This document shows, piece by piece, positions 50,758-60,784 of a stretch of 64,000 bases of DNA (positions within the stretch are counted from its first letter, which is position 1; each line of letters starts with the position of its first letter). A program made the position numbers and the translations under genes. The notes beneath the pieces are model-generated. The model was given only the letters and a program-made list of their open reading frames with translations, had not been told where the DNA came from and made no database searches. The stretch is from an uncultured delta proteobacterium (GTDB lineage Bacteria; Myxococcota_A; UBA9160; SZUA-336), in contig CAVPRM010000002.1 of NCBI GenBank assembly GCA_963707945.1, forward strand, positions 17,819 to 81,818, read 5' to 3'.

Positions 50758-50779
50758 GATCGCGGCTCGAGGAGGAACG

Positions 50780-51577
50780 ATGGAGCTTCGCGAGCTGTCG
50801 GACGTGCGCTACGAGATCGACCGCGGCCTGGCCTGGATCACGATCGCCCGGCCGGAGCGCTTCAACGCGTTCCGCGGCCGCACCGTCGACGAGCTGGTGC
50901 GCTGCTTCAAGGCGGCCTGGGCCGACCGCGAGGTCGGCGTCGTGGTGCTGACGGGCGAGGGCGACAAGGCGTTCTGCGCGGGCGGCGACCAGAAGCAGCG
51001 CAACGAGACCGGCGACTACGGGCCGACCGAGACGGGCCTGTTCGAGGTCGAGACACTGCACCGTGTCATCCGCGACATCCCCAAGCCGGTGATCGCCGCA
51101 GTGAACGGGGTCGCGATCGGCGGCGGCCACGTGCTGCACGTGCTCTGCGACCTGACCATCGCCGCCGACCACGCCCGCTTCGGCCAGGCCGGCCCGCGGG
51201 TCGGCTCGTTCGATGCCGGCTTCGGCAGCTCCTACCTGGCGCGCATCCTGGGCGAGAAGCGCGCCCGCGAGGTCTGGTACCTGTGCCGCCAGTACGACGC
51301 CGCCACCATGCAGAGCTGGGGCCTGGTGAACGCCGTGGTGCCTAAGGCCGAGCTGCGCGCCGAGGTGCGCCGCTGGGCCGACGAGATGCTCGCGAAATCG
51401 CCCACGGCGCTGAAGGTCCTCAAGCACTCCTTCAACGCCGACAGCGAGGCCATCGCGGGCATCGGCACGCTGGCCTTCGACTCCCTCGACCTATTCCTCG
51501 AGACCGCCGAAGCCCGCGAAGGCGTCACGGCCTTCAACGAGAAGCGCCTTCCCGACTTCGGGAAGTACCGCCGCTAG
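50780..51577 (+). CDS. MenB/BadI-like crotonase-family enzyme
   Basis: FCAGGDQ, GGGHVLH, GPRVGSFDAG, GEKRAREVWYLC. Confidence 0.8.
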   Translation: MELRELSDVRYEIDRGLAWITIARPERFNAFRGRTVDELVRCFKAAWADREVGVVVLTGEGDKAFCAGGDQKQRNETGDYGPTETGLFEVETLHRVIRDIPKPVIAAVNGVAIGGGHVLHVLCDLTIAADHARFGQAGPRVGSFDAGFGSSYLARILGEKRAREVWYLCRQYDAATMQSWGLVNAVVPKAELRAEVRRWADEMLAKSPTALKVLKHSFNADSEAIAGIGTLAFDSLDLFLETAEAREGVTAFNEKRLPDFGKYRR

Positions 51578-51579
51578 CG

Positions 51580-52410
51580 CTAGCCGTCTCCGTATCGGTC
51601 TGCCCCGTCGAAGCCGGCGCGCACTCCCGCGGCGCGCGCGTCGAAGAACGACCGCGTGGCGGGGTGGGTGAAGATGTAGGCCTCGTCGTTCTCGACCGCA
51701 GCGCGGACCCGGCGGCCGACCCACTCCGGATCGCGGCCGGTGCGCAGCACTTCGCCGAGGTCGGCGCCGCTCGGCGGGACGAACGGCTTCGACTGGCCGA
51801 GCGCGGCGGGGCGGTTGCGCTCGCTGGTCATGATGTTCGTGCTCACCGCGCCGGGGCAGAGCACCGAGCAACCGAGCTGGTAGGCCGGGCCTTCGAGCCG
51901 CAGGGTCTCCGAGATCCCGACCACCGCGTACTTCGTCGCGGTGTAGATCCCCAGCCCCGGCAGCGCGGCGATGCCGGCGACCGAGGCCGTGTTCACCACG
52001 TGCTTCGGCCCGGGCTGCGCCTTCATGCGCGGCAGGAACGCCTGCAGCCCGTTCACGACGCCCTCGAGGTTCACCGACAGCACCCAACGCCAGTCGGTGT
52101 CGCGCTGCTCGTGGAGCGGACCGAAAACGGCGACGCCGGCGTTGTTGCACAGGAGGTGCGCCGCGCCGAGCTCGCGGTACGTGCGCTCGGCAAGCGCCTC
52201 GACGGACCCTCGCTGGGCGACGTCGGTCTGGACGGCGAGCGCGGTCTTCCCGCCGGCCTGGATCTCCGCGGCGACCTTCTCCGCGGCCGGCAGCTCGATG
52301 TCCGACACCACGACCCGCATGCCCGCGTCCGCGAAGGCCAGCGCCATGCCGCGGCCGATGCCGCTCCCGCCGCCCGTCACCACGGCCACTTTCCCGGAAA
52401 GCTCGCGCAT
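51580..52410 (-). CDS. SDR family oxidoreductase
   Basis: TGGGSGIG, NNAG, YTATK. Confidence 0.92.
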   Translation of the reverse strand: MRELSGKVAVVTGGGSGIGRGMALAFADAGMRVVVSDIELPAAEKVAAEIQAGGKTALAVQTDVAQRGSVEALAERTYRELGAAHLLCNNAGVAVFGPLHEQRDTDWRWVLSVNLEGVVNGLQAFLPRMKAQPGPKHVVNTASVAGIAALPGLGIYTATKYAVVGISETLRLEGPAYQLGCSVLCPGAVSTNIMTSERNRPAALGQSKPFVPPSGADLGEVLRTGRDPEWVGRRVRAAVENDEAYIFTHPATRSFFDARAAGVRAGFDGADRYGDG

Positions 52411-52458
52411 CGAAGTCTTCCTCCCTCGCGCGCGATCTTCGCACATACTGTGAGGGCG

Positions 52459-53562
52459 ATGGCCGAGGCCCTGCCCAAGCACACGTTCGCGATGGTGCAG
52501 ACGGGCGTGCGAACGCTCGAGCCGCGCGAGCTCCCGATCCCCGAGATCGACGACGACAGCGCGCTGCTGCGGGTCGAGGTCTGCGGCATCTGCGGCAGCG
52601 ACTACGAGCAGTACGCCGGGGTACTGCGCACGCCGGTGCCGGTGATCCCCGGCCACGAACCGCTCGGTCGGATCGCGAAGCTCGGCGACCGCGCGGGCAG
52701 GCGCTGGGGGGTCGAGGTCGGCGACCGGGTGGCGGTCGAGAACATGATCTCGTGCCGCTTCTGCGCGGCGTGCCTGGGCGGGCGCTCGCACCTGTGCGAG
52801 CGGCGCATGATCTACTCGTACGTGCCGCTCGGCGAGTGGCCCGGCCTGTACGGCGCCTACGCGCAGTACCTCTGGCTGCACCCGAACAGCGTCGTGCACA
52901 AGGTGGACCCGCGGCTGCCGCCCGAGATCGCCGCCATGTTCAACCCGCTCGGCGCCGGCTTCCGCTGGGCGGTGGAGATCCCGAGCCTTCTGCCGGGCGA
53001 GTGCGTCGTCATCCTCGGTCCCGGACAGCGCGGGCTCGCGAGCGTGCTCGCGGCGCGCGCGGCGGGGGCGGGGCAGATCATCGTGACGGGACTCGGCGCG
53101 GACGCGCGCAAGCTCGCGCTCGCGCGCGAGTTCGGCGCCGACGTTGCCATCGACGTCGAGCAGGAGGACGCGAAGAAGCGGATCCGAGAGCTCACGAACG
53201 GGCGCGGCGCGGACGTGGTGCTCGACGTATCGTCCTACGCGCTCGACCCGGTCTCGGCGTCGCTCGACTACGTCGCGACCGGCGGGCGGATCGTGCTGGC
53301 CGGCGTGAAGGGCTGGAAGCCCGTGCCCGAGTTCGTCTCGGACAAGATCGTGATGAAGGAGATCCGCATCTCGGGCGCGATCGGCGTCACCTCGTCGGCC
53401 TACCGCAACGCGATCCGCCTGCTCGAGTCACAGCGCACGCCGATCGCGAAGATGCACACGCACGATTTCCCCCTCGACCAGGCCGAGCTCGCGATCAAGA
53501 CTCTCGCGCGCGAGATCCCGGGCGATGAGTCGATCCACTCCTGCCTCGTCCCCGAGCACTAG
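52459..53562 (+). CDS. Zinc-dependent alcohol dehydrogenase family protein
   Basis: CGICGSD, GHE, CRFCAAC..C, GPGQRG. Confidence 0.92.
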   Translation: MAEALPKHTFAMVQTGVRTLEPRELPIPEIDDDSALLRVEVCGICGSDYEQYAGVLRTPVPVIPGHEPLGRIAKLGDRAGRRWGVEVGDRVAVENMISCRFCAACLGGRSHLCERRMIYSYVPLGEWPGLYGAYAQYLWLHPNSVVHKVDPRLPPEIAAMFNPLGAGFRWAVEIPSLLPGECVVILGPGQRGLASVLAARAAGAGQIIVTGLGADARKLALAREFGADVAIDVEQEDAKKRIRELTNGRGADVVLDVSSYALDPVSASLDYVATGGRIVLAGVKGWKPVPEFVSDKIVMKEIRISGAIGVTSSAYRNAIRLLESQRTPIAKMHTHDFPLDQAELAIKTLAREIPGDESIHSCLVPEH

Positions 53563-53684
53563 ACCCGTAGCGCGCCATTTGTGCCAGCTTCAGCCCCGAG
53601 CCGAGCCGCCCCAGCGCGCGCAGGCGGGCGAACGAGCTTCGCGGCGGGGCGCTTCCGGGAGTCACGCGGGCGGCTCGCTCTCGG

Positions 53685-54350
53685 TCAGCGCTCGGGGTAG
53701 CGGCGCTCTACGGCGTCGCGCAGCGCCGACATCATCTGGATCACGGAGCGCTCGCGGAGCCGGCGCTCGAGGAACTCCGGAACGCTGCGGCCCGCGCTGA
53801 TGCGCGACTGGTAGCGGACCACGGTGGCGCGGCCCTGGTCGACCGCGACGAGCTGCCAGGCGCCCTCGCTCGAGGCGATGTCGTGCGGCTGCTCCAGGTC
53901 GAGGTGCCAGCTCAGCCGGCCGTCGGCGGGGTCGAGCTCGTACACCGTGGTGTGGCGCAGCGGGTACCACATCACACTGTAGTGCTGCGCGACCCAGAGC
54001 GTCGCGCCCTCGCGGCGCTCGACGTGGGTCTCGTTCACGAGCGGCATGAACTCCGGCCAGTGCTCGAAGTCGGTCAGCACGGCCCAGACTTCGCGCGGCG
54101 GCCGGTGCACCAGCGAGGCGCCGCCCTGGCCGGCGACCGGGCTCGCGCCGCTCTCGTCGCGGCCGAGGTCCTGGTGCAGCACCGCGCCGGACTCGAGGGT
54201 CGTCCAGTCGGCGCTCGAGAACAGCGCCTTCGGATCCGGCAGCGGCGCGCGACAGGCGATGCAGGGCGCGCTGCCGACCGGGGGCGTCGCCGGCTCGGGC
54301 GCGAGCGCGATCCCGCACGCTGCGACCCAGAGCAAAACTGGAGCCAGCAT
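53685..54350 (-). CDS. Secreted SRPBCC/START-like protein
   Basis: Signal peptide; VWAVLTDFEHWPEFMP. Confidence 0.7.
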   Translation of the reverse strand: MLAPVLLWVAACGIALAPEPATPPVGSAPCIACRAPLPDPKALFSSADWTTLESGAVLHQDLGRDESGASPVAGQGGASLVHRPPREVWAVLTDFEHWPEFMPLVNETHVERREGATLWVAQHYSVMWYPLRHTTVYELDPADGRLSWHLDLEQPHDIASSEGAWQLVAVDQGRATVVRYQSRISAGRSVPEFLERRLRERSVIQMMSALRDAVERRYPER

Positions 54351-54364
54351 GCGCTCATTCTACC

Positions 54365-55018
54365 CTACGGAACGGCCCGAACGGCGCGCAACAGCGCGTG
54401 CATCGCGCCGTCGCGCGCGCCGTGCCGGCCGAGCTCCGCCACGGTCTGCTCGAGATACTCGCGACACTCCCCGAGCGGACCGCGGGCGTGGGCGAGGAGC
54501 TGCGCCACGCGCTCCGGCGGCAGCCGGCCCGTGTAGCGGGGGTGCGCCCGGTTCACGACGAACGTGACTGCGGTGATCGGGTCGGCGCTCGTAGCGAGGC
54601 GAACCCAGCGGGGCAAGTAGGCGCCCGTCAGCATCTCGCGGTTCCAGAGGACGCCGAGCTCGCTCCTCACCGCCTCCGCGGCGATCCGCAGCGCCACACC
54701 GGCGCAGGCGCCGCCCGGCTGGAGCGCCAGCATCAGCCCGGGCTTCTCCGGCGAGCCGCGTCCGAAGGTGTTCCAGAGGCAGAAGCTGCGGTGCCAGCCG
54801 TGCAGCCGCGCGGGCCGGAGCTCCACGTGGTGGAAGGCGGGATTCCACATGAGCGACCCGTAGCCGAAGACCCAGACGTCCTGGTCCGCGGAGATCTCGG
54901 CGAGGGTGGCTTCGAGCGAAGCGGCGCGAGCCTCGGCGCCCATGATGCCGTGGTCGCGGAACATCTCCGCGATCCGCGCGTCGTTCACGAGGAGGAGCTG
55001 CTCGCGGGTCAGCGCCAT
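54365..55018 (-). CDS. chaC: ChaC-like gamma-glutamylcyclotransferase
   Basis: VWVFGYGSLMW, RGSPEKPGL, REM. Confidence 0.88.
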   Translation of the reverse strand: MALTREQLLLVNDARIAEMFRDHGIMGAEARAASLEATLAEISADQDVWVFGYGSLMWNPAFHHVELRPARLHGWHRSFCLWNTFGRGSPEKPGLMLALQPGGACAGVALRIAAEAVRSELGVLWNREMLTGAYLPRWVRLATSADPITAVTFVVNRAHPRYTGRLPPERVAQLLAHARGPLGECREYLEQTVAELGRHGARDGAMHALLRAVRAVP

Positions 55019-55021
55019 CGG

Positions 55022-55924
55022 CTAGGCGTCCCTCGCCAGCTTCTCGAGCGCGAGCACCAGCGCCTGCGTGCCGCTGCGCGCGTGGCCGTGCGCGGCGAGC
55101 TCGCGGTACAGGCGCTCGGCCAGCACCAGACCCGGCAGCGCGAGGCCCATGCGCTCCGCCTCGCGCAGCGCGAGGCCCATGTCCTTCACGAAGTGCTCGA
55201 CGAAGAAGCCCGGCGCGAAGTCGCGGCGCGCGATCCGCGGGCCCAGGTTCGCGACTCCCCACGAGCCGGCCGCCCCGCTCGACACCGTCTCGATCACCGC
55301 GAGCGGGTCGAGGCCCGCGCGCTGCGCGTAGAGGAGGCCCTCGCAGACCCCGATCATGTTCGACGCGATCAGGATCTGGTTCACGAGCTTGGTCTGCTGG
55401 CCCGAGCCCGCCGGGCCGTGCCAGCGCAGGTTCTTCCCGAAGCAGGCGAGCACCGGCGCGAGCCGGTCGAAGTCCGCGCGCTCGCCGCCGGCCATGACCG
55501 TGAGGGCACCGGCGCGCGCGCCGACGTCGCCGCCCGAGACGGGCGCGTCGAGCATTCCGACGCCGCGCTCGCGCGCCGCGGCCGCGAGCTCGCGCGCGAG
55601 AGCGGGGTCGCTGGTCGTGAGATCCGCGGCAAGCGCGCCCGGGCGCAGCCCCGCGAGCGCGCCTTTCGGCCCGAGCCAGACCTCGCGCACGTCCGCGGGG
55701 AAGCCGACGATCGAGAGGAGCGCGTCCGAGCGCGCGGCGACCTCGGCCGGCGTGTCGGCCCAGACCGCGCCGCGCGCGACGAGCTCGCCGGCCTTGGCGC
55801 GGGTGCGCGAGTGGACCGTGACCGCATAGCCCTTGGCGAGCACGTGGCCGCACATCGCCGCGCCCATGACGCCGGTGCCGATCCAACCGACCCGGGTGCG
55901 GCCCGGCTCCAGCAGGTCACTCAT
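55022..55924 (-). CDS. 3-hydroxyisobutyrate dehydrogenase family oxidoreductase
   Basis: GWIGTGVMG, DAPVSGGD, KLVNQ, KDM. Confidence 0.92.
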   Translation of the reverse strand: MSDLLEPGRTRVGWIGTGVMGAAMCGHVLAKGYAVTVHSRTRAKAGELVARGAVWADTPAEVAARSDALLSIVGFPADVREVWLGPKGALAGLRPGALAADLTTSDPALARELAAAARERGVGMLDAPVSGGDVGARAGALTVMAGGERADFDRLAPVLACFGKNLRWHGPAGSGQQTKLVNQILIASNMIGVCEGLLYAQRAGLDPLAVIETVSSGAAGSWGVANLGPRIARRDFAPGFFVEHFVKDMGLALREAERMGLALPGLVLAERLYRELAAHGHARSGTQALVLALEKLARDA

Positions 55925-55941
55925 CGGTGTAGAGTGCCGCC

Positions 55942-56343
55942 ATGGAAATCCTCTCGATCGTGACCCTGCTCGCGCTGCTCGAGTACGTGCTCATCTTCCT
56001 GCTCGTCGGTCGGGCGCGTGCAAAGTACGGGATCAAGGCCCCGGCAACCAGCGGCCACGAGATCTTCGAGCGCTACTTCAGGGTTCAGCAGAACACGCTG
56101 GAACAGCTGGTGATCTTCCTTCCGGCGCTCTGGATCTTCGGCTGGTCGCTGAGCTACGGGGTGGCCGCGCTGCTCGGGCTCGTGTTCATCGCCGGTCGCG
56201 CGCTCTACCTGCGCGGCTACGTGGCAGCGCCGGAGCAGCGGGCCCTCGGCTTCGGGATCTCGGCCTTCGCGAACCTGGCGCTGGTGCTGGGCGGCCTGGT
56301 GGGCGCGGCGCTGCGGCTCTTCGCCGAGCGCGCCACGAACTAG
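55942..56343 (+). CDS. MAPEG family membrane protein
   Basis: VGRAR.KY, FERYFRVQQNTLE. Confidence 0.92.
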   Translation: MEILSIVTLLALLEYVLIFLLVGRARAKYGIKAPATSGHEIFERYFRVQQNTLEQLVIFLPALWIFGWSLSYGVAALLGLVFIAGRALYLRGYVAAPEQRALGFGISAFANLALVLGGLVGAALRLFAERATN

Positions 56344-57656
56344 ACCAGCGCGTCGACCGTCTCCTTGGCGCAGACCGCCTCGAAGCCCTGGGCGATCCGC
56401 TCGCGGGCGGAGGCGAGCGACGGCGCGAGGCGCTCGACGGGCTGGCCTGGCGCGACCAGGTCCGCGAGCTGCGGCCAGGCCTCGCCGCCGAGCGCGAGCG
56501 TCTCGACGGCGCGGCCCGCGAGCCAGCGCGCGCACGCTTCGACCCGACGCAGAAAGGCGTAATCGCGCAGGAGCGACTCGACGCGCGGCCCGGCGGCGGC
56601 CGCGCGCAGCATCGCCGGAACGGCGGGCAGCGCGTCGCCCGCGAGCTGCAGCCCGCGCTCGAGCAATGCGCCGGCGCCGAGGAAGTCCATGTCCATGATC
56701 CCGCCGCGGCCGGTCTTCAGGGCGAGCTTCTTCGCGTCCTCGCGGCCGCGCTCCGCGACCACGCGGCCGCGCATGTCGGCGAGGTAGCGCCACGGGTTCG
56801 GCGCCTCGCGGGCGATCCGCTCGCGCGCGCTCTCGAGCCCGGCCTGCGCGCGCGCGACGTCGCCCGCCACCGCCCGCGCGCGCAGGAGCGCGACGTGCTC
56901 CCAGGTCGCGGCCTGTTCGATCTGGTAGCGCGCGAAGGCCTCGTGCGTGGTCACGAGCGCGCCCTGCTGACCCGAGGGCCGGAGCCGCGAGTCGACGTGA
57001 TAGGCGTAGCCCGCGCCGGTCATGGTGGTGAGGTTCCCGATCCAGCGCTGGGCGACCCGCGACGGGCGCAGCGCGTCGGGCGCGTCGTCGCGGAACAGGA
57101 AGATCACGTCGAGATCTGAGTGATAGGTGAACTCGCGGCCAGCGAGCTTGCCCATGCCCAGCACCGCGAGGACGCCGGGCACTCCCGGCGCGCGACCCTC
57201 GGCGCCCGCGAGCGCGCGCTCAGAGCAGAGCTCGGCGAGCTGCGACAGGAAGGTCGAGACCGCGTCGAACGACGCGAGCCCGGAGAGGTGCGCGCAGGCG
57301 GCGAACAGCATCTCGTCGCGGCGCAGCAGCCGCAGGCCGTCGAGGAAATCCTCGAGTGCGCTGGCGGGGTCGGGAAGCTCGACCCGCGCCAGCTCGGCCG
57401 CGCGCCGCTCGAGCGTGCCGGGCTCGAGCGCGGCGAGCCGCGCGAACAGGGCGGGGCGCGAGGACAGGTAGCGCGCCGACTCCGGGCTCGCGGCGAGCGC
57501 GCGGGCGACACCGCGCAGTGGCGCGCCGTCGAGCTCGGCCGCGGCTGGATCCGCGCCGCGCCGCTCGACGAGTGGCTCGATCGCCGTCGCCAGCCGCGCG
57601 CGGAGCGGCGAGCCGGCGAGCGAGGCGTCGAGCCGGTTCTCGAGCCGGCTAGGCAT
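56340..57656 (-). CDS. GlnE-like adenylyltransferase module (C-terminal half as separate ORF)
   Basis: [38 protein letters not shown]. Confidence 0.82.
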   Translation of the reverse strand: MPSRLENRLDASLAGSPLRARLATAIEPLVERRGADPAAAELDGAPLRGVARALAASPESARYLSSRPALFARLAALEPGTLERRAAELARVELPDPASALEDFLDGLRLLRRDEMLFAACAHLSGLASFDAVSTFLSQLAELCSERALAGAEGRAPGVPGVLAVLGMGKLAGREFTYHSDLDVIFLFRDDAPDALRPSRVAQRWIGNLTTMTGAGYAYHVDSRLRPSGQQGALVTTHEAFARYQIEQAATWEHVALLRARAVAGDVARAQAGLESARERIAREAPNPWRYLADMRGRVVAERGREDAKKLALKTGRGGIMDMDFLGAGALLERGLQLAGDALPAVPAMLRAAAAGPRVESLLRDYAFLRRVEACARWLAGRAVETLALGGEAWPQLADLVAPGQPVERLAPSLASARERIAQGFEAVCAKETVDALV

Positions 57657-59088
57657 CGGTGCTCGCCAGCAGCAGGTTCTCGAAGTGCGTGCGCACGACC
57701 GCGCGCACGCGGGTCCAGTCGTCGAGCAGCGCGTCGCGCGCGCGCGCGGCCTCGAGCTGCGGGTAGCCGAGCCGCCGCGCCAGGCCGAGCTGCGCCGCCG
57801 CGTCGCGCGGGAACGCCTGGGTCTGGCGCTCCTCGACGAGCTGCACCGCGTGCTCGGCGCGGCGCAGCCACAGGTACGCCTCGCAGAGGTCGCGGGTGAT
57901 CGAGGCGTCGAGCAGGCCGAGCCGCTCGAGTTCGCCCAGCGCGCGCAGCACGTTGCCCGTGCGCAGCGCCGGCTCGCGGCCCCCGAACAGGAGCTGGAAC
58001 GCCTGCACCAGGAACTCCACGTCGCGGATCCCGCCCGGGCCTTCCTTCAGATCCGCCTCGAGGTCTCGGCCCGCCTCGAGCCGCTCGTCCTCGATGCGCC
58101 GCTTCATCGCGCGCACCGAGCCGATCGCGTCGAGGCTCATCGTGCGGCGCCAGACGAAGGGGCGGATGCCGCGCTCGAAGGCCGCCGCGGCCCGCGCGTC
58201 GCCCGCGACGAAGCGCAGCCGGATCAGCATCTGGCGCTCCCACGGCGCGCCGAAGCTCTCGTAGTACGAGAGGGCCGCGTCCACAGAGTTCACGATCATC
58301 CCGGTCGCGCCCTCGGGGCGCAGATCCAGGTCGACCCGGTAGCCGAAGCCATCTTCGCTGGGTACTTCGAGGTGCTTCTTGAAGCAGCGGATGAGCTCGA
58401 CCAGCGGCGCGAGCTCGACCGGGTCGCCGCTCGCCGGCTCCGCGTCGTGGATGAACAGGAGATCGACGTCGCTCGAGAAGTTGAGCTCGCCGCCCCCGAG
58501 CTTGCCGAGCGCGAACAGGGCGGGCGCGGGTGCGCGGGCCTCGCGGGCGGCGGCCGCGAGCGCGGCGGCGAGGCAGCGGTCGGCCAGGCCCGACAGCTCG
58601 GCGAGGCTCGCTTCGAACGGACGCCCGCACAGGTCGCGCGCAGTGACCCGAAGCAGCCCTTTGTACTTTGCGATCCGAATCGAGGTCCAGTCCGGCTCGA
58701 TCGCCGCCTCCTCGGGCGCCGCGGGCGGCGCGCCGGAGAGCTCCTCGCTCCAGTTCGGATGGCGGAGCAGAAGTCGTGCCAGGAAGTCGCTCGCGCCCAT
58801 CACCCGCGCGAGCGTCGGCAAGAGCTCGGGAGCGAGCGCGCGGCCGCGGGTGGCCCGGTAGCGGACCGCCAGCTCGCCCAGACACTCGGCAGCGTTGCCC
58901 GGTCGCGCGGCGCGGAGCAGCACGGGCAGCCACGCCTCGCGGGTCGGCGCGAGATCGGGCTGCGCGGTCGCGGAGACGAGCTGCGCGCCGGCACGGCCCG
59001 GGTCGGCGCAGCCGATCAGCCCGAGCGCCGGCGCCGGCACCTCGCCGCGCACGAGGCCGTCGACCAGCGTGCGGAGGAGCGGGTCCAC
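57649..59088 (-). CDS. GlnE-like adenylyl-removase module (N-terminal half as separate ORF)
   Basis: [42 protein letters not shown]. Confidence 0.85.
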   Translation of the reverse strand: MDPLLRTLVDGLVRGEVPAPALGLIGCADPGRAGAQLVSATAQPDLAPTREAWLPVLLRAARPGNAAECLGELAVRYRATRGRALAPELLPTLARVMGASDFLARLLLRHPNWSEELSGAPPAAPEEAAIEPDWTSIRIAKYKGLLRVTARDLCGRPFEASLAELSGLADRCLAAALAAAAREARAPAPALFALGKLGGGELNFSSDVDLLFIHDAEPASGDPVELAPLVELIRCFKKHLEVPSEDGFGYRVDLDLRPEGATGMIVNSVDAALSYYESFGAPWERQMLIRLRFVAGDARAAAAFERGIRPFVWRRTMSLDAIGSVRAMKRRIEDERLEAGRDLEADLKEGPGGIRDVEFLVQAFQLLFGGREPALRTGNVLRALGELERLGLLDASITRDLCEAYLWLRRAEHAVQLVEERQTQAFPRDAAAQLGLARRLGYPQLEAARARDALLDDWTRVRAVVRTHFENLLLASTDA

Positions 59089-60043
59089 TACGCGGTCGTC
59101 GCGCTCCGCTGCTCGCGCTTGAGCTCGGCGGGAAGCGCGAAGCGCATGCCTTCGTCGACGGTGGGCAGCGCCTCGATCCGGGTCGCGCCCAGCCCGCGCA
59201 GCCGCTCGCACACGGCCTGGACGAGCTCCTCGGGAGTGGACGCGCCGGCGGTGACGCCGATCCGTGTCGCGCCGGCGAGCCAGGCGGGATCGATGCCCGC
59301 GGCGTCCTCGACCAGCTCGGCGCGGGCGCCGCGCGTTCGCGCCACCTCGACCAGGCGGTTGGAGTTCGACGAGCTCGGCGCGCCGACCACGATCACGAGC
59401 TGGCTCCGCGCCGCCAGCTCCTTCACCGCGTTCTGGCGGTTCTGGGTCGCGTAGCAGATGTCGTCCTTGCCGGGCACCCGGATCTGCGGGAAGCGCTCGC
59501 GCAGCGCCTCGATGATCTCGCGCGTGTCGTCGACCGAGAGCGTGGTCTGGGTCAGCACCGCGAGCTTGGCCGGGTCGCGCACCTCGAGCCGGGCGACGTC
59601 TTCGACGGTCTCGACCAGGATGCATGCGTCCGGGCGCCTGCCCGAGCGTGCCCTCGACCTCGACGTGGCCGCGGTGCCCGACGAGCACGATCTCGTAGCC
59701 CTCGCGCGCGAAGCGCAGCGCCTCGACGTGGACCTTGGTCACCAGCGGGCAGGTCGCGTCGAGCGTGCGCAGCTTGCGGCGCTCGGCCTCGGCCGCGCAC
59801 CGCGGGCGAGATGCCGTGGGCGCTGAAGACCACCAGGCAGCCTTCGGGAACGTCGGAGAGCTCGTCGGTGAAGATGGCGCCCTTCGCGCGCAGGCTCTCG
59901 ACCACGTGGCGGTTGTGCACGATCTCGTGCCGCACGTACACGGGCCTTCCGTAGATCTCGAGCGCGAGCTCGACGATCTCGATCGCGCGGTCGACCCCCG
60001 CGCAGAAGCCGCGCGGGGTCGCCAGTTCCAGTTCGAAGGGCAT
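59088..60043 (-). CDS. ispH: 4-hydroxy-3-methylbut-2-enyl diphosphate reductase (frameshifted)
   Basis: [50 protein letters not shown]. Confidence 0.95.
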
Positions 60044-60055
60044 CGCCCGCGAATC

Positions 60056-60748
60056 CTAGCTGGCCAGGGCCGCCCGCACACGGGGCACGTTCAGCAGCAG
60101 CGACAGCCCGACGTAGTAGCCCGGCCCCAGGGCCAGGGTGATGTAGAGCCAGGCGAGCGACGGGTTCGGCCGCACCGCGAGCCAGGAGAAGATCAGCACC
60201 CAGAGCGAGAGCACCGCGAGCGAAAGCGGCCGCAGGACCCGGGTGCGGCTCGGGTAGATGTACTTGATCGGCACGAAGATCGCGGCCGCGAGGCCGAGCA
60301 CCCAGGCCAGCACCACTCCGGGCCCCGAGCCCAGCAGGTACAGGTACATGACCGCGACGTTCCAGTACGACGGCCAGCCCAGGAAGAAGTAGTCGTCGGT
60401 CTTCGCCTTGTCTTGGCTGAAGCCGTAGGCGGAGGCGAGCACCGGCACGGCCGCCCAGTACGACCCGGGCAGCATGCCCGCCGCGATCAGGAAGCAGCCC
60501 GGCACCACCACGTAGGTGAAGTAGTCGCAGATGTCGTCGAGGCGGCGGCCGTCGAACCAGGGGATCTGGCGGCGCACGTCGACCAGCCGGGCCAGCGTCC
60601 CGTCGGTCGAGTCGATCACCATGGTCAGCATCATCAGGTACATGGCCAGGTGGAACTGGCCCCGGAAACAGGCCATGACCGCCCACAGCCCGAAGACGGC
60701 GGACGACGCCGTGTACAGGTGCACGAGCCACGCGCTGACGAGCCGCAC
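60056..60748 (-). CDS. pcs: Phosphatidylcholine synthase-like CDP-alcohol phosphatidyltransferase
   Basis: [36 protein letters not shown]. Confidence 0.72.
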   Translation of the reverse strand: MRLVSAWLVHLYTASSAVFGLWAVMACFRGQFHLAMYLMMLTMVIDSTDGTLARLVDVRRQIPWFDGRRLDDICDYFTYVVVPGCFLIAAGMLPGSYWAAVPVLASAYGFSQDKAKTDDYFFLGWPSYWNVAVMYLYLLGSGPGVVLAWVLGLAAAIFVPIKYIYPSRTRVLRPLSLAVLSLWVLIFSWLAVRPNPSLAWLYITLALGPGYYVGLSLLLNVPRVRAALAS

Positions 60749-60784
60749 GGGCACAGCATAGCCGAGGCCGGTATATTGGGACCG

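Noticed and set aside
54365-56343. ChaC plus MAPEG as a dedicated glutathione module
   Set aside because: Divergent orientation with an unrelated dehydrogenase between them; no further support
57649-60081. IspH-GlnE fusion suggested by the 810-aa ORF
   Set aside because: ispH has its own stop at 59088-59090 overlapping the GTG; the apparent fusion comes from ispH indels
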